Assembly: GCA_963664305.2 (NCBI GenBank)
Contig: CAXXLV010000001.1
Location: 704,001 to 768,000 of the forward strand
Length of the DNA stretch: 64,000 nucleotides
Source of the DNA: an uncultured Aliarcobacter sp.
GTDB lineage: Bacteria > Campylobacterota > Campylobacteria > Campylobacterales > Arcobacteraceae
Direction: 5' to 3'
Below the pieces are notes generated by a model. It did no database searches. It was not told where the DNA came from and worked only from the letters and a program-made list of their open reading frames with translations. How positions within the stretch are numbered: the first letter of the stretch is position 1; each line of letters opens with the position of its first letter. Both the position numbers and the translations under genes were made by a program. This document shows positions 43,922-52,271 of this stretch, in pieces.

Positions 43922-45337
43922 TTAAAAAGTGATATTTACACTTAGACCTTTATATTTTTTATTGTCATAAACAGTTTGATAGTTATTGAAAGTTAGTAAA
44001 AATTTATAGATTTTTACAATGGTTTTATATGATGTTGTTAATCCTAAACCTTTTCCTTGTGTTTGGTGTTTAGTTGTAAAGTATGGTTCTATAAGTTTTG
44101 GAAGTAAATTTTCAGTTACTCCTCCTGCATTATCTTCAATTTTTAATCTAAGATGACTATTTATACTCTCTGTTTTTACATTTATTATTCTGTTATCAAC
44201 ATCATTTTCTATAAAAGCTTCAATTGAATTATTCAAAATATTTGTTATTGCTTGGGAAAATCTATTTTTATCAATATAAATTTTATAATCAACATTAAAA
44301 TCTGTGATGATATTTATATTGTGTTTTTTAAATAAATAGTTCATATCTTCTAATATTTCACTAATTATTTGACAAACACTATATGATTTTTCAAGATTTT
44401 CAAAAACAATAGTGTCAAAATTGTTAATAGTATCCGACAATTCATTTGAGATTTTTACAATTTTGTTCATATCTTTATATAGATTTTTATCATCATATAA
44501 ATTGAGTTCTTTTTGAAGTTTTGTATTACTTGCTATTATTGAAATTGTACTTAGTGGTTGTTTCCATTGATGAGCAATATTTTGAATTAATTGGTTTAAT
44601 GATTCAAATTTTTTTTCTAAATCTATCAATTTTATAAGAGTAAAATTTTTTATAATCAACAAAATCTGATTTTGATTTGGCATTAAATTCATTGTTGCAT
44701 AAATTATTATTGATTTACCATATTTACTAATAAATGTTGTTTCAACATTTTCTAGATAGGTTTTTTCTATAACTTCGTTGATTGCATTTTGGATTTTTTC
44801 TTTATCAGTTTTGTGAAAAAGTTGAAAAACAGAAAGATTTATTAGTTCATTGTAATTATATTCGCTCATTTGTTTAAAAGAGTCATTAAATTTTATAAAA
44901 TTTCCTTCTAAATCAATAGTTGCAATACCATCTTTTGAACTATTAAATATGGTTTCAAACTCTTTTTCAAACTCTTTTTCTTTTTCCAGATTATAAACTG
45001 TAATATATAAAAGTGTTGAATTCTCAAATTCAATTTTTTTAGTTTTTATTAAAACATCAATTGCTTTTCCATCTTTTGTTTTATGTCTACTAACAAATTT
45101 GTCCCAACCTTTTTCCAAAATATTTCTTTGTTTTTCAAGCATTTTGTCATTTGTAGTAAACTCTAAAGATAAATCCATAGGAGTAATTTCTTTGAACTCT
45201 TCTCTTGTGTAGTTGTATAATTCTAGAGCTTTTTGATTTGATAAGATAAATTTTTGTGTTTTTAAATCAAGAACTAAAATTGCATCAAGAGATTCATCGA
45301 ATAATTCGCTTAATAATGAAAAATATTGATTATCCAT
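43922..45337 (-). CDS. Cytoplasmic PAS-PAS histidine kinase (orphan)
   Basis: Two PAS domains, IAHQWKQPL, NILNNS, EDNAGG, EPYFTTK, GKGLGL; no TM segments. Confidence 0.85.
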   Translation of the reverse strand: MDNQYFSLLSELFDESLDAILVLDLKTQKFILSNQKALELYNYTREEFKEITPMDLSLEFTTNDKMLEKQRNILEKGWDKFVSRHKTKDGKAIDVLIKTKKIEFENSTLLYITVYNLEKEKEFEKEFETIFNSSKDGIATIDLEGNFIKFNDSFKQMSEYNYNELINLSVFQLFHKTDKEKIQNAINEVIEKTYLENVETTFISKYGKSIIIYATMNLMPNQNQILLIIKNFTLIKLIDLEKKFESLNQLIQNIAHQWKQPLSTISIIASNTKLQKELNLYDDKNLYKDMNKIVKISNELSDTINNFDTIVFENLEKSYSVCQIISEILEDMNYLFKKHNINIITDFNVDYKIYIDKNRFSQAITNILNNSIEAFIENDVDNRIINVKTESINSHLRLKIEDNAGGVTENLLPKLIEPYFTTKHQTQGKGLGLTTSYKTIVKIYKFLLTFNNYQTVYDNKKYKGLSVNITF

Positions 45338-45489
45338 GAAACTCCTTTTTTATAATTGTAATTATAAACAAATTAGTTAACAAAAGAGGAAAAAAACTAT
45401 AAAAAGTGTGTCACGTGAAACTTTTTTATAAATTTTCTACTTTATATAATTTTTTTCTCAACCTAAAGGTTTCGCTTGAAACTCTTTGA

Positions 45490-46737
45490 TTATAAATTTT
45501 CTACCTTGTAGAGTTTCTTTCGTTCTTTTGATGATGGAATGTCTAAGATTTTTCTATATTTTGTGATAGTTCGTCTAACCATTTTTAGACCAAATTTTTC
45601 TTCAATAAATTCTAAAATAGTTTCATCAGTTAGTGGTTCGTCTTTATTTTCATAATCAACAAGACTTTTTATATAACTTTTTATTTGAGAAGATGATAAA
45701 TCTTTATCAACAGCATTTGTAAAAAAGTGTTTCAATGGGAAAATTCCTAAGTTACACTCAATATATTTATTTGAAACGGCTCTACTTATAGTCGATTCTG
45801 CAAAACCTAACTCTGTTGCAATTTCTTGCATAGAAAAAGGTCTTAATTCTCCCCCAACAAAAAATGAGATTTGTTTTTCTACAATAATCAAAACGATTTT
45901 ATATAAAGTTGCTTTTCTAAGATTTAACAGATTTACTAAATCTTTTGCCTCTTTTAGTTTCTCTTTTATATTTTCATTTTTTGTATTAAAAGGATTTTTT
46001 ACTTTGATATCTGGATAGTATGAGTTATTTATTTTTATATCAATATCTTCATTTATCTCAACAAAAAAATCTGGAATTACTTGAACATTATCGTTGATAT
46101 AATCAATTGCTGGTGGATTATTAAAATATTTAATAATGTCTTTTGCATCATTAAATCTATGATGCGCAGCATATTTATCAATATGCGTTATATCTTTGAT
46201 GATTTTTTTGGTGAAATTATATAATTCATCATCTATATCTTTGTCCATTGCATCTAATTGAAATAAAAATGATTCTTCAATATTTAAAGCCCCTACTCCA
46301 CTAGGTTCTAATCTTGAAAATCTTTGTCTAATAGATTCAACATACTCTTTAAATACATTACATGTGTTAGCTATTTTTTCGATATCTCCATCAAAGTAAC
46401 CATTTTCATCAATATCACACAAGATTTCAAGTGCAACTTTTTTTGAATTTGGTGTTGGGAAAAGTGTATCATCTTCAATTTGTTCACTTAATTTATCATT
46501 TAAAGATTTTGCATAAAAAGCAAGTGATTCAATAAATTCACCACTTGTTCCATTTGATGTGAAGTTGCTGTAAAACTCTTTTGGTTTTTTAACTTCCAAA
46601 AATGGATTCTCATACGATAAATTAGTAAGATATGATTCTAAATCTTGGATTGAAGTTTGTAGCATTGGAAGCCATAACTTTAATGAAAGGTTTAGATTTT
46701 GTTTCTGTGTTGCCGATATTGATAATGTATTTGCCAT
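45490..46737 (-). CDS. rpoN: RNA polymerase sigma-54 factor
   Basis: ENPFLE, DENGYF, EPSGVGA, ESTISRAV..KY, RRTITKYR RpoN box. Confidence 0.93.
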   Translation of the reverse strand: MANTLSISATQKQNLNLSLKLWLPMLQTSIQDLESYLTNLSYENPFLEVKKPKEFYSNFTSNGTSGEFIESLAFYAKSLNDKLSEQIEDDTLFPTPNSKKVALEILCDIDENGYFDGDIEKIANTCNVFKEYVESIRQRFSRLEPSGVGALNIEESFLFQLDAMDKDIDDELYNFTKKIIKDITHIDKYAAHHRFNDAKDIIKYFNNPPAIDYINDNVQVIPDFFVEINEDIDIKINNSYYPDIKVKNPFNTKNENIKEKLKEAKDLVNLLNLRKATLYKIVLIIVEKQISFFVGGELRPFSMQEIATELGFAESTISRAVSNKYIECNLGIFPLKHFFTNAVDKDLSSSQIKSYIKSLVDYENKDEPLTDETILEFIEEKFGLKMVRRTITKYRKILDIPSSKERKKLYKVENL

Positions 46738-46791
46738 GATTTTATTATGCCCAAATTCAAAATGAATTTGGACACTCCTTTAGTATATTTT

Positions 46792-47088
46792 TTAATACTT
46801 AATTCTAATTACACCGTTTGGTTTAACTATTTTCATTTGACAAGAAAGTCTAGCTTTGTCAGTGTTTGTTCCAGCACCAGCTTCTGCAATTACTTTTTTC
46901 TCTTTTTCATTGATTTCAGAAATAAATTCCATACCTTGCTCAATTGAAACTAAACATGTTCCACATTGACCATCTCTACAACCAAATGGTAAAGCTGAAC
47001 CTGATGCTTCAACTACGTCTTGAATTGTACTTCCTGGTTTAACATTGATTGCTAAAAAATCATTTACTATTTCTACTCTTGTTGTCAT
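46792..47088 (-). CDS. [2Fe-2S] ferredoxin
   Basis: PFGCRDGQCGTC...RLSCQ. Confidence 0.9.
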   Translation of the reverse strand: MTTRVEIVNDFLAINVKPGSTIQDVVEASGSALPFGCRDGQCGTCLVSIEQGMEFISEINEKEKKVIAEAGAGTNTDKARLSCQMKIVKPNGVIRIKY

Positions 47089-47098
47089 TTTTTATTCC

Positions 47099-47443
47099 TT
47101 ATTTTAATTTGAATGGTTTTACTAAAATGTCACCTTTGATTAACATCATTGGTGCAATTCTGATTTTTGGGCTAATTGTAAATTGTTGGCATTGCTCTGC
47201 CTCTTTTGAACTAATAGCACCAAGTTTAACTAAGATGTCTAACTCTTCATCTTCCATGTAACTTGTTGGTTCTTCATTACTTAAGTTTTCAACAGAAATT
47301 AAACACTTAGAATAATCACCATCAACTGCGAAAGGAATTGGAATATTCTTTTCCTTTGCTAGCCTAACAATAGGCTCACCTATCTTGCCTTCATACACTC
47401 CGTCAGTTTCCATGTCAAAATGCATAAAAATTACTTTTGCCAT
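47099..47443 (-). CDS. FeSII/Shethna-II-like protein with degenerate cluster ligands
   Basis: IPFAVDGDYSKCLI and RIAP in place of PFxCxDGxCxxC and RLAC; long helical insertion typical of FeSII-type ferredoxins; GGAGG RBS. Confidence 0.6.
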   Translation of the reverse strand: MAKVIFMHFDMETDGVYEGKIGEPIVRLAKEKNIPIPFAVDGDYSKCLISVENLSNEEPTSYMEDEELDILVKLGAISSKEAEQCQQFTISPKIRIAPMMLIKGDILVKPFKLK

Positions 47444-47476
47444 ATTTTCCTCCTACTTTTTTTAGACTTGTAATAA

Positions 47477-47503
47477 AACCTTATCAAGCCAAGTGATAAG
47501 GTT
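47477..47503 (-). terminator. Stem-loop or partial terminator after nifZ
   Basis: AACCTTATCA-N7-TGATAAGGTT followed by TTATT on the minus strand. Confidence 0.6.
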
Positions 47504-47537
47504 CTTTAAACCCTTTCATTTGACTTGAAAAGAAATA

Positions 47538-47930
47538 CTATTTTGAATAGTATTTCTCCCTATGTTTTCTCATAAATTCTAATTCTTCTTGAACTTCATC
47601 TCTATAATCTTCCATTGCAAGTAGTTCATGTTCCCTACAACCTACAACTTCGATAAGAGCATTTACATCTAAAAAATGTACTTCATACACTCTAATTACT
47701 TGTAAAAATTCCCCAATAGATTTGATATATCCAATAGCGCCTTTTTGAACCATTACTGTTCCAATTGGTGCGTGAGGATATGTTCCATCATTTTTTACAT
47801 CTTCAAGAAGTTGTACTTTTTGTCCTATACCAAATTTTGCAACTTCTTCATCTCTTCCTGAACGGTTAGCAGTTACGCTATCATGCAAAAAAGTATTTGC
47901 ATCTACGATTTGTTTATGATCAACAGCCAC
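47538..47930 (-). CDS. nifZ: Nitrogen fixation protein NifZ
   Basis: NDGTYP...G.IGYI.SIG.FLQ...Y.VHF...VVGCRE.EL; GTG at 47930 after GGAGG. Confidence 0.9.
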   Translation of the reverse strand: MAVDHKQIVDANTFLHDSVTANRSGRDEEVAKFGIGQKVQLLEDVKNDGTYPHAPIGTVMVQKGAIGYIKSIGEFLQVIRVYEVHFLDVNALIEVVGCREHELLAMEDYRDEVQEELEFMRKHREKYYSK

Positions 47931-48255
47931 AACTTCCTCCTGTAGATGATGAACTAGAACCACAAGAAGAACAACCTTCTAGTTTTCCAGTTTCATACAT
48001 ATTCCAAACTTCAGCTGCACTTGGTGCATGACCTGTTTTGTAATCTCCATAAACTCTTAAAAGAGAAAATTTTAGAAATTCTAAAAGTTTATTTTCTTCT
48101 GCAATTGACTCTAAACCTTTTTTTATTAAACTTCCATACTCTTTCATCATGTGAAATCTTTTTACGTTTATTAACTTTTGGTCAAATTCAATACCAAAAA
48201 AGTTAAAAAAATCTTCCGTATCTCTTAATTTATAAAATTCTTCTACAGTTCCCAT
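47920..48255 (-). CDS. nifW: Nitrogenase-stabilizing protein NifW with Cys-rich tail
   Basis: L...EDFF.FF.IE.D...INV.R.H pattern. Confidence 0.85.
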   Translation of the reverse strand: MGTVEEFYKLRDTEDFFNFFGIEFDQKLINVKRFHMMKEYGSLIKKGLESIAEENKLLEFLKFSLLRVYGDYKTGHAPSAAEVWNMYETGKLEGCSSCGSSSSSTGGSCGC

Positions 48256-48266
48256 AATTCATCCTT

Positions 48267-48788
48267 TTATAGATCTAATTCACCTTTTAACTGTTCAATC
48301 CAGTTTTTGATTCTTTCTTTAGTTTTACCTTTTTCATTATGGTCATCAATAGCTAAACCACATAATTTTCCATCCATTTCAGCTAAAGAAAACTCATATT
48401 TATATTCATCTTTATCTACAAATCCAACAGCAGTTGCTCCTAAATCTGTAAAAGTTTTATATAATTTTCCTAAAGCTGAACAGAATTGTTCACCATGTTT
48501 TACACTATCACCTGCTCCAAAGAAAGCAACAGTTTTTCCAGAAAGGTCTGGTTTTTCATCTTCTAGTTCTAATTGAACATCAACCCAAGAGAAATGTACA
48601 TCTCCTTGCCCCCATGTAGAACTTCCTATGAATAAGATATCGTAGTCTTCAAATTGTTCGATGCTATCAAAATCTTCTTCCATGTTTATTACATCATCTT
48701 CATCTATATCAAACTCTTTAGCTAAAGCTTTAGCTACTTTCATAGATGTACCACCTGCAGTTCCACAAAATATTCCCATTTTTGACAT
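48267..48788 (-). CDS. Long-chain flavodoxin (NifF-like)
   Basis: GTAGGTS, GSSTWGQG, FGAGD, GLAIDD. Confidence 0.88.
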   Translation of the reverse strand: MSKMGIFCGTAGGTSMKVAKALAKEFDIDEDDVINMEEDFDSIEQFEDYDILFIGSSTWGQGDVHFSWVDVQLELEDEKPDLSGKTVAFFGAGDSVKHGEQFCSALGKLYKTFTDLGATAVGFVDKDEYKYEFSLAEMDGKLCGLAIDDHNEKGKTKERIKNWIEQLKGELDL

Positions 48789-48798
48789 TTCTCAATCC

Positions 48799-49230
48799 TT
48801 ATACGTTTTTATATTTATTGTAAGTTTCTTGTGCATTTGTAAGGTATTTTTCACCCTCTTTTTCTAAATCCTCATAAGTTCTAAATGAGAATCTATGTGC
48901 ATCTTTAAAGAACTTTTCACAAATAACGATTTTATCTGTGAAAACAACAACTCTTCCAAAACCTTCGTGACTCATTTCCATAACAACAGAACACATAATT
49001 CCTGTTAGTTTTTCAAAAGCAAGTGCAACTGCTTGATAGATAAGTCTTATATCTTTGATTTGCATTTCATCAATATCAGCAATAATAGGGATATTTTTTA
49101 AATCCTCTTTTGTTTTGATATATTTCTCTTCTATTAAGTCTTTATCACTTTTATTTGCCCAAGTTCCAAATTGGTCTAAGGCTCTGATTTGACCGATTAA
49201 TGTATCTATAAATAGTTTTTTAGCGTCCAT
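48799..49230 (-). CDS. NifX-associated protein (DUF269-type)
   Basis: Q.RA.D.FG.W, MSHEGFGR, RDAHRF-like KDAHRF. Confidence 0.85.
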   Translation of the reverse strand: MDAKKLFIDTLIGQIRALDQFGTWANKSDKDLIEEKYIKTKEDLKNIPIIADIDEMQIKDIRLIYQAVALAFEKLTGIMCSVVMEMSHEGFGRVVVFTDKIVICEKFFKDAHRFSFRTYEDLEKEGEKYLTNAQETYNKYKNV

Positions 49231-49625
49231 TATGCAGCCTTTTTTTCAATGATTTTTTTAATAAACGGAGGTGGATTTGTATTTAGCATAGTTGTTAGTT
49301 TTTTTATTTCTTCTTCGATTGAAACACTCTCCTTATATTTGATAGGAAAGATTCCACTATTAATAATCTTTGCAGCAGCAATTGCTCCAATATTTGTAAA
49401 ATAAACAATATCAATATCTTTTAATAATTCAACAGTTTTATCTGTATCTTTATCTTCAATTTTTATGATTTCGCAAACGTTAGTAAGGTCTTTCCCTATT
49501 TCATAAACAGCGAATTGCTTAGCACTTCCAAAATGTGAATCAATATTTTCTAAATCACTAGTTGCAAATGCAACTTTTAGATTACCAGTTGACGGTTCAT
49601 TTGATTTTATTTTTATGCTTTTCAT
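49230..49625 (-). CDS. nifX: FeMo-co precursor carrier NifX
   Basis: KVAFATSD...D.HFGSA..F.VY, IG..AA, PPP. Confidence 0.85.
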   Translation of the reverse strand: MKSIKIKSNEPSTGNLKVAFATSDLENIDSHFGSAKQFAVYEIGKDLTNVCEIIKIEDKDTDKTVELLKDIDIVYFTNIGAIAAAKIINSGIFPIKYKESVSIEEEIKKLTTMLNTNPPPFIKKIIEKKAA

Positions 49626-49659
49626 GTTATATCCTAAAAGTTATATATAAAGACCTATA

Positions 49660-49675
49660 TGCAATTAGTGTTCCA
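49660..49675 (-). promoter_or_regulatory. Sigma54 promoter of the nifX operon
   Basis: Minus strand TGGAACACTAATTGCA. Confidence 0.85.
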
Positions 49676-49689
49676 CAACTTTTTTTGTT

Positions 49690-50943
49690 TTATTTTCCTA
49701 TTGCAAAAAGATAAAATATATTGTTTTTAGTTTCAAGAAATTCTTTAGAAATATCGTCAAAATAGGCACCTAAACCACTACAAGAAATATTTAAGTGTGT
49801 TGAGCGTAGATATAAAATTTGTGAAAGAAATCCTGTTAAGATATATAAATAAAAATATTCTTCACTATTTTTTGCTGTAAAAAATAGAGTTATTGCACTA
49901 TCACCTGAAAGTTTTTGATTTAAAGCTAATTTAGTTGCTATTTCTTTAAAATCGCCCTCTTTTTGTAAATCCACATTTTTGTAAAGACCTTTTTTCATAT
50001 CTTTTACATTGTTATTTATGAAGTAAATCTCTATTTCATATTTTTGTGCAAATTCAAAAATATTTTTTGTAATAAATAAAAAATCATCTTTAGAGATTTC
50101 ATCTTTTTTAAAAGCTCTAATTGAACGGCGATTATTTATAGCTTCTTGTAAATCTTCTTTTTTTAAATCTTTTAGTAAATCTATATTTGAGACAAGAGGA
50201 AAAGAGTCTTTTTTTGCTTCTATATAAAACTCTTCAATAAAATTTTCTTTTAACTGATAATCACAAGCACTTATATTTACTATTGGAGTTCTTAACTTTT
50301 TACACTCCAATTCTTTATGAATTTGAGTGAATACAGAAGTATAAAATGATTCAAATTTATCAAATGAAAAATCCTCATTTAAACTCTTTTTATCAAAATT
50401 AAAATTTATATTAAAAGGTAAGTTTTCAAGTTCTAAAGCAGCATAAATAGAACCCAAAAGATGACCAGTATCAAGTAAAATATATCTTATTGCTCTTTTT
50501 TCATACTTCCAAGCTGAGCGGAAATAGGCATTACTTATTAAAAATATGATTTTTTTTTGAAATTTATCTTCAAAATAGTATTCAACTCCATCATTACTTA
50601 ATTCATGGATTAAAGTGATTCTGTTTTCTATTGCTTCATAGTGATAAATTCCATTTACTAAAGATTTTATTCCACGAAGTTGAATATAAATTTCACAAGG
50701 ATATAAACCTCCAGCACTTGGATTTGCTCTTAAATCAACTTTTACATTTCCATAGGTTTTAGATGCAGTAATTTTTCCAATATTTTTAATAAATTTCAAC
50801 TCTTCAAAATCATCTAAATTGAAGGATAAAAAAAAGGAAGGATAAGATTTATAGGCTCTTGGTTGAGTCCTATAATCTATAAAATTTGAGCCAGATAAAT
50901 ACTTTTTAGCATTAATATCAGTTTTATCATGAAACTTTTGCAT
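49690..50943 (-). CDS. SagB-type nitroreductase-family protein (two domains)
   Basis: RANPSAGGLYP.E.Y, WKY..RA.RY..LD.GH, second NRRSIRAF domain, SGLGAYFDD. Confidence 0.82.
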   Translation of the reverse strand: MQKFHDKTDINAKKYLSGSNFIDYRTQPRAYKSYPSFFLSFNLDDFEELKFIKNIGKITASKTYGNVKVDLRANPSAGGLYPCEIYIQLRGIKSLVNGIYHYEAIENRITLIHELSNDGVEYYFEDKFQKKIIFLISNAYFRSAWKYEKRAIRYILLDTGHLLGSIYAALELENLPFNINFNFDKKSLNEDFSFDKFESFYTSVFTQIHKELECKKLRTPIVNISACDYQLKENFIEEFYIEAKKDSFPLVSNIDLLKDLKKEDLQEAINNRRSIRAFKKDEISKDDFLFITKNIFEFAQKYEIEIYFINNNVKDMKKGLYKNVDLQKEGDFKEIATKLALNQKLSGDSAITLFFTAKNSEEYFYLYILTGFLSQILYLRSTHLNISCSGLGAYFDDISKEFLETKNNIFYLFAIGK

Positions 50944-51370
50944 TTTTTAGTAGTTTCACAATTTTTGGAGTAACCGCTAAATCAATAGCTTTAAATCCAT
51001 CTAAACTTTCAAATTCTGTTTTTGCTCCATGTTTTAAAAGAAGTTCAACAAAATCATCTTTTCCAGCACTTGCACAATACATTAATGCAGTTACATTATT
51101 TACATTTTGTGAATCTATATCAATCCCTGCTTTGATAACAGCTTCAAAACATTCATAAGAGTTTGCAAAACATGAGTTCCAAAGTGCAGAATTTCCATCT
51201 ACATTTTTCATGTTTAATTCAACATCCATAGATAAAAGTTCATTTACTAAATCAATTTTTCCTTCACGACATGCTTTCATAAGTGCAGAGTTTCCATACT
51301 TTCCAGCACTATTTAGGTTACTTAAATCATAATCATTTTCTTCTAACCAATTTTTTAATTCAGTTGTCAT
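50927..51370 (-). CDS. Ankyrin-repeat protein
   Basis: GNSALMKAC, GNSALW, VTALMYCA, GFKAIDLA. Confidence 0.9.
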   Translation of the reverse strand: MTTELKNWLEENDYDLSNLNSAGKYGNSALMKACREGKIDLVNELLSMDVELNMKNVDGNSALWNSCFANSYECFEAVIKAGIDIDSQNVNNVTALMYCASAGKDDFVELLLKHGAKTEFESLDGFKAIDLAVTPKIVKLLKNAKVS

Positions 51371-51892
51371 TTAAACACCCATCCAATTTTCGTGTGTGTG
51401 CCCTTTTGGTTTAAAGTTAACAACTTCATTTAGTGTGATTGAAAAATCTTCCATTTTAAATTCATCTTCTAAATCTGTTGGAATTTCTTTATATTTTATA
51501 ACACCCTCTTTATCAATTACAAAAATAGAGTTTGCAACCATTGAATCATCGATATTTACTCCAAATTTACTTGAAAAATCAACAAAATCATTTGATATAA
51601 AACCTCTATCTAAAGCAAACTTTTCAGCAACATCTTCGATAATTTCATTTGAACTTGAAGTGATGATATAAGGGAAAACTTTTCTTTTTGTTGTATTAAT
51701 TATTTGGTGTAAATCAGAGTTATATTTACTTACATCATTTAAAGTAATCATAACTTGAACAGATGGTGCCATCAAACCAATAACTTTTACTTCATCATTT
51801 AGCATTTTTACTCTAACAGCTGGTGCTTCACCTTCAACTTTTCTATCTTTCTTACCTAATGGGTAACTATTATTTTTAAATGTAATTTCCAT
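51371..51892 (-). CDS. Tpx-fold redoxin-like protein with no Cys
   Basis: MEITFKN, EAPAV.V, DF..KFGV, SIFVIDKEG.IKYKEI; no cysteine in the translation. Confidence 0.65.
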   Translation of the reverse strand: MEITFKNNSYPLGKKDRKVEGEAPAVRVKMLNDEVKVIGLMAPSVQVMITLNDVSKYNSDLHQIINTTKRKVFPYIITSSSNEIIEDVAEKFALDRGFISNDFVDFSSKFGVNIDDSMVANSIFVIDKEGVIKYKEIPTDLEDEFKMEDFSITLNEVVNFKPKGHTHENWMGV

Positions 51893-51893
51893 A

Positions 51894-52271
51894 TTATAAA
51901 ATTTCCTTGTGTATTATTTGACAATCTTTATTTATCATTATTAATGATTTTATTAAATTGTTTTTTTCATCATTTAGATTAAACTCTTTTGCAAAAGATT
52001 TAAAATCATTTGAGATAAATGATTCATTTAATTCATATTTTTCTATAAGCTCTTTTATTTCGTTTTGTGAACTTGAAGTTATAATAAAACACTCAATTTT
52101 GTCTTTTGAAAAGTTTATACTCTCTTTTAATTTATCGTTAAACTCCAATATATTTGGAAGAGTAACTATTACTTGAGCTTGTAATTTTGGAAGACCAAGT
52201 AGCTTTGTACTATCATTTAACATTTTTATAGATGTAAATGGAACTATTGGAAGATTTGGATTAATGCTCAT
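51894..52271 (-). CDS. Shorter Tpx-fold paralog of the adjacent gene
   Basis: KMLNDSTKLLG vs KMLNDEVKVIG; IITSSS, FISNDF shared. Confidence 0.6.
   Translation of the reverse strand: MSINPNLPIVPFTSIKMLNDSTKLLGLPKLQAQVIVTLPNILEFNDKLKESINFSKDKIECFIITSSSQNEIKELIEKYELNESFISNDFKSFAKEFNLNDEKNNLIKSLIMINKDCQIIHKEIL

Noticed and set aside
49759..49769. AAAATAGGCAC upstream of the nifX promoter, matching the nifH upstream motif
   Set aside because: It falls within coding sequence for GAYF and similar strings occur elsewhere in the same gene.
49690..50943. SagB-like enzyme as part of a RiPP (azole peptide) cluster
   Set aside because: No YcaO, precursor peptide or exporter in the window.
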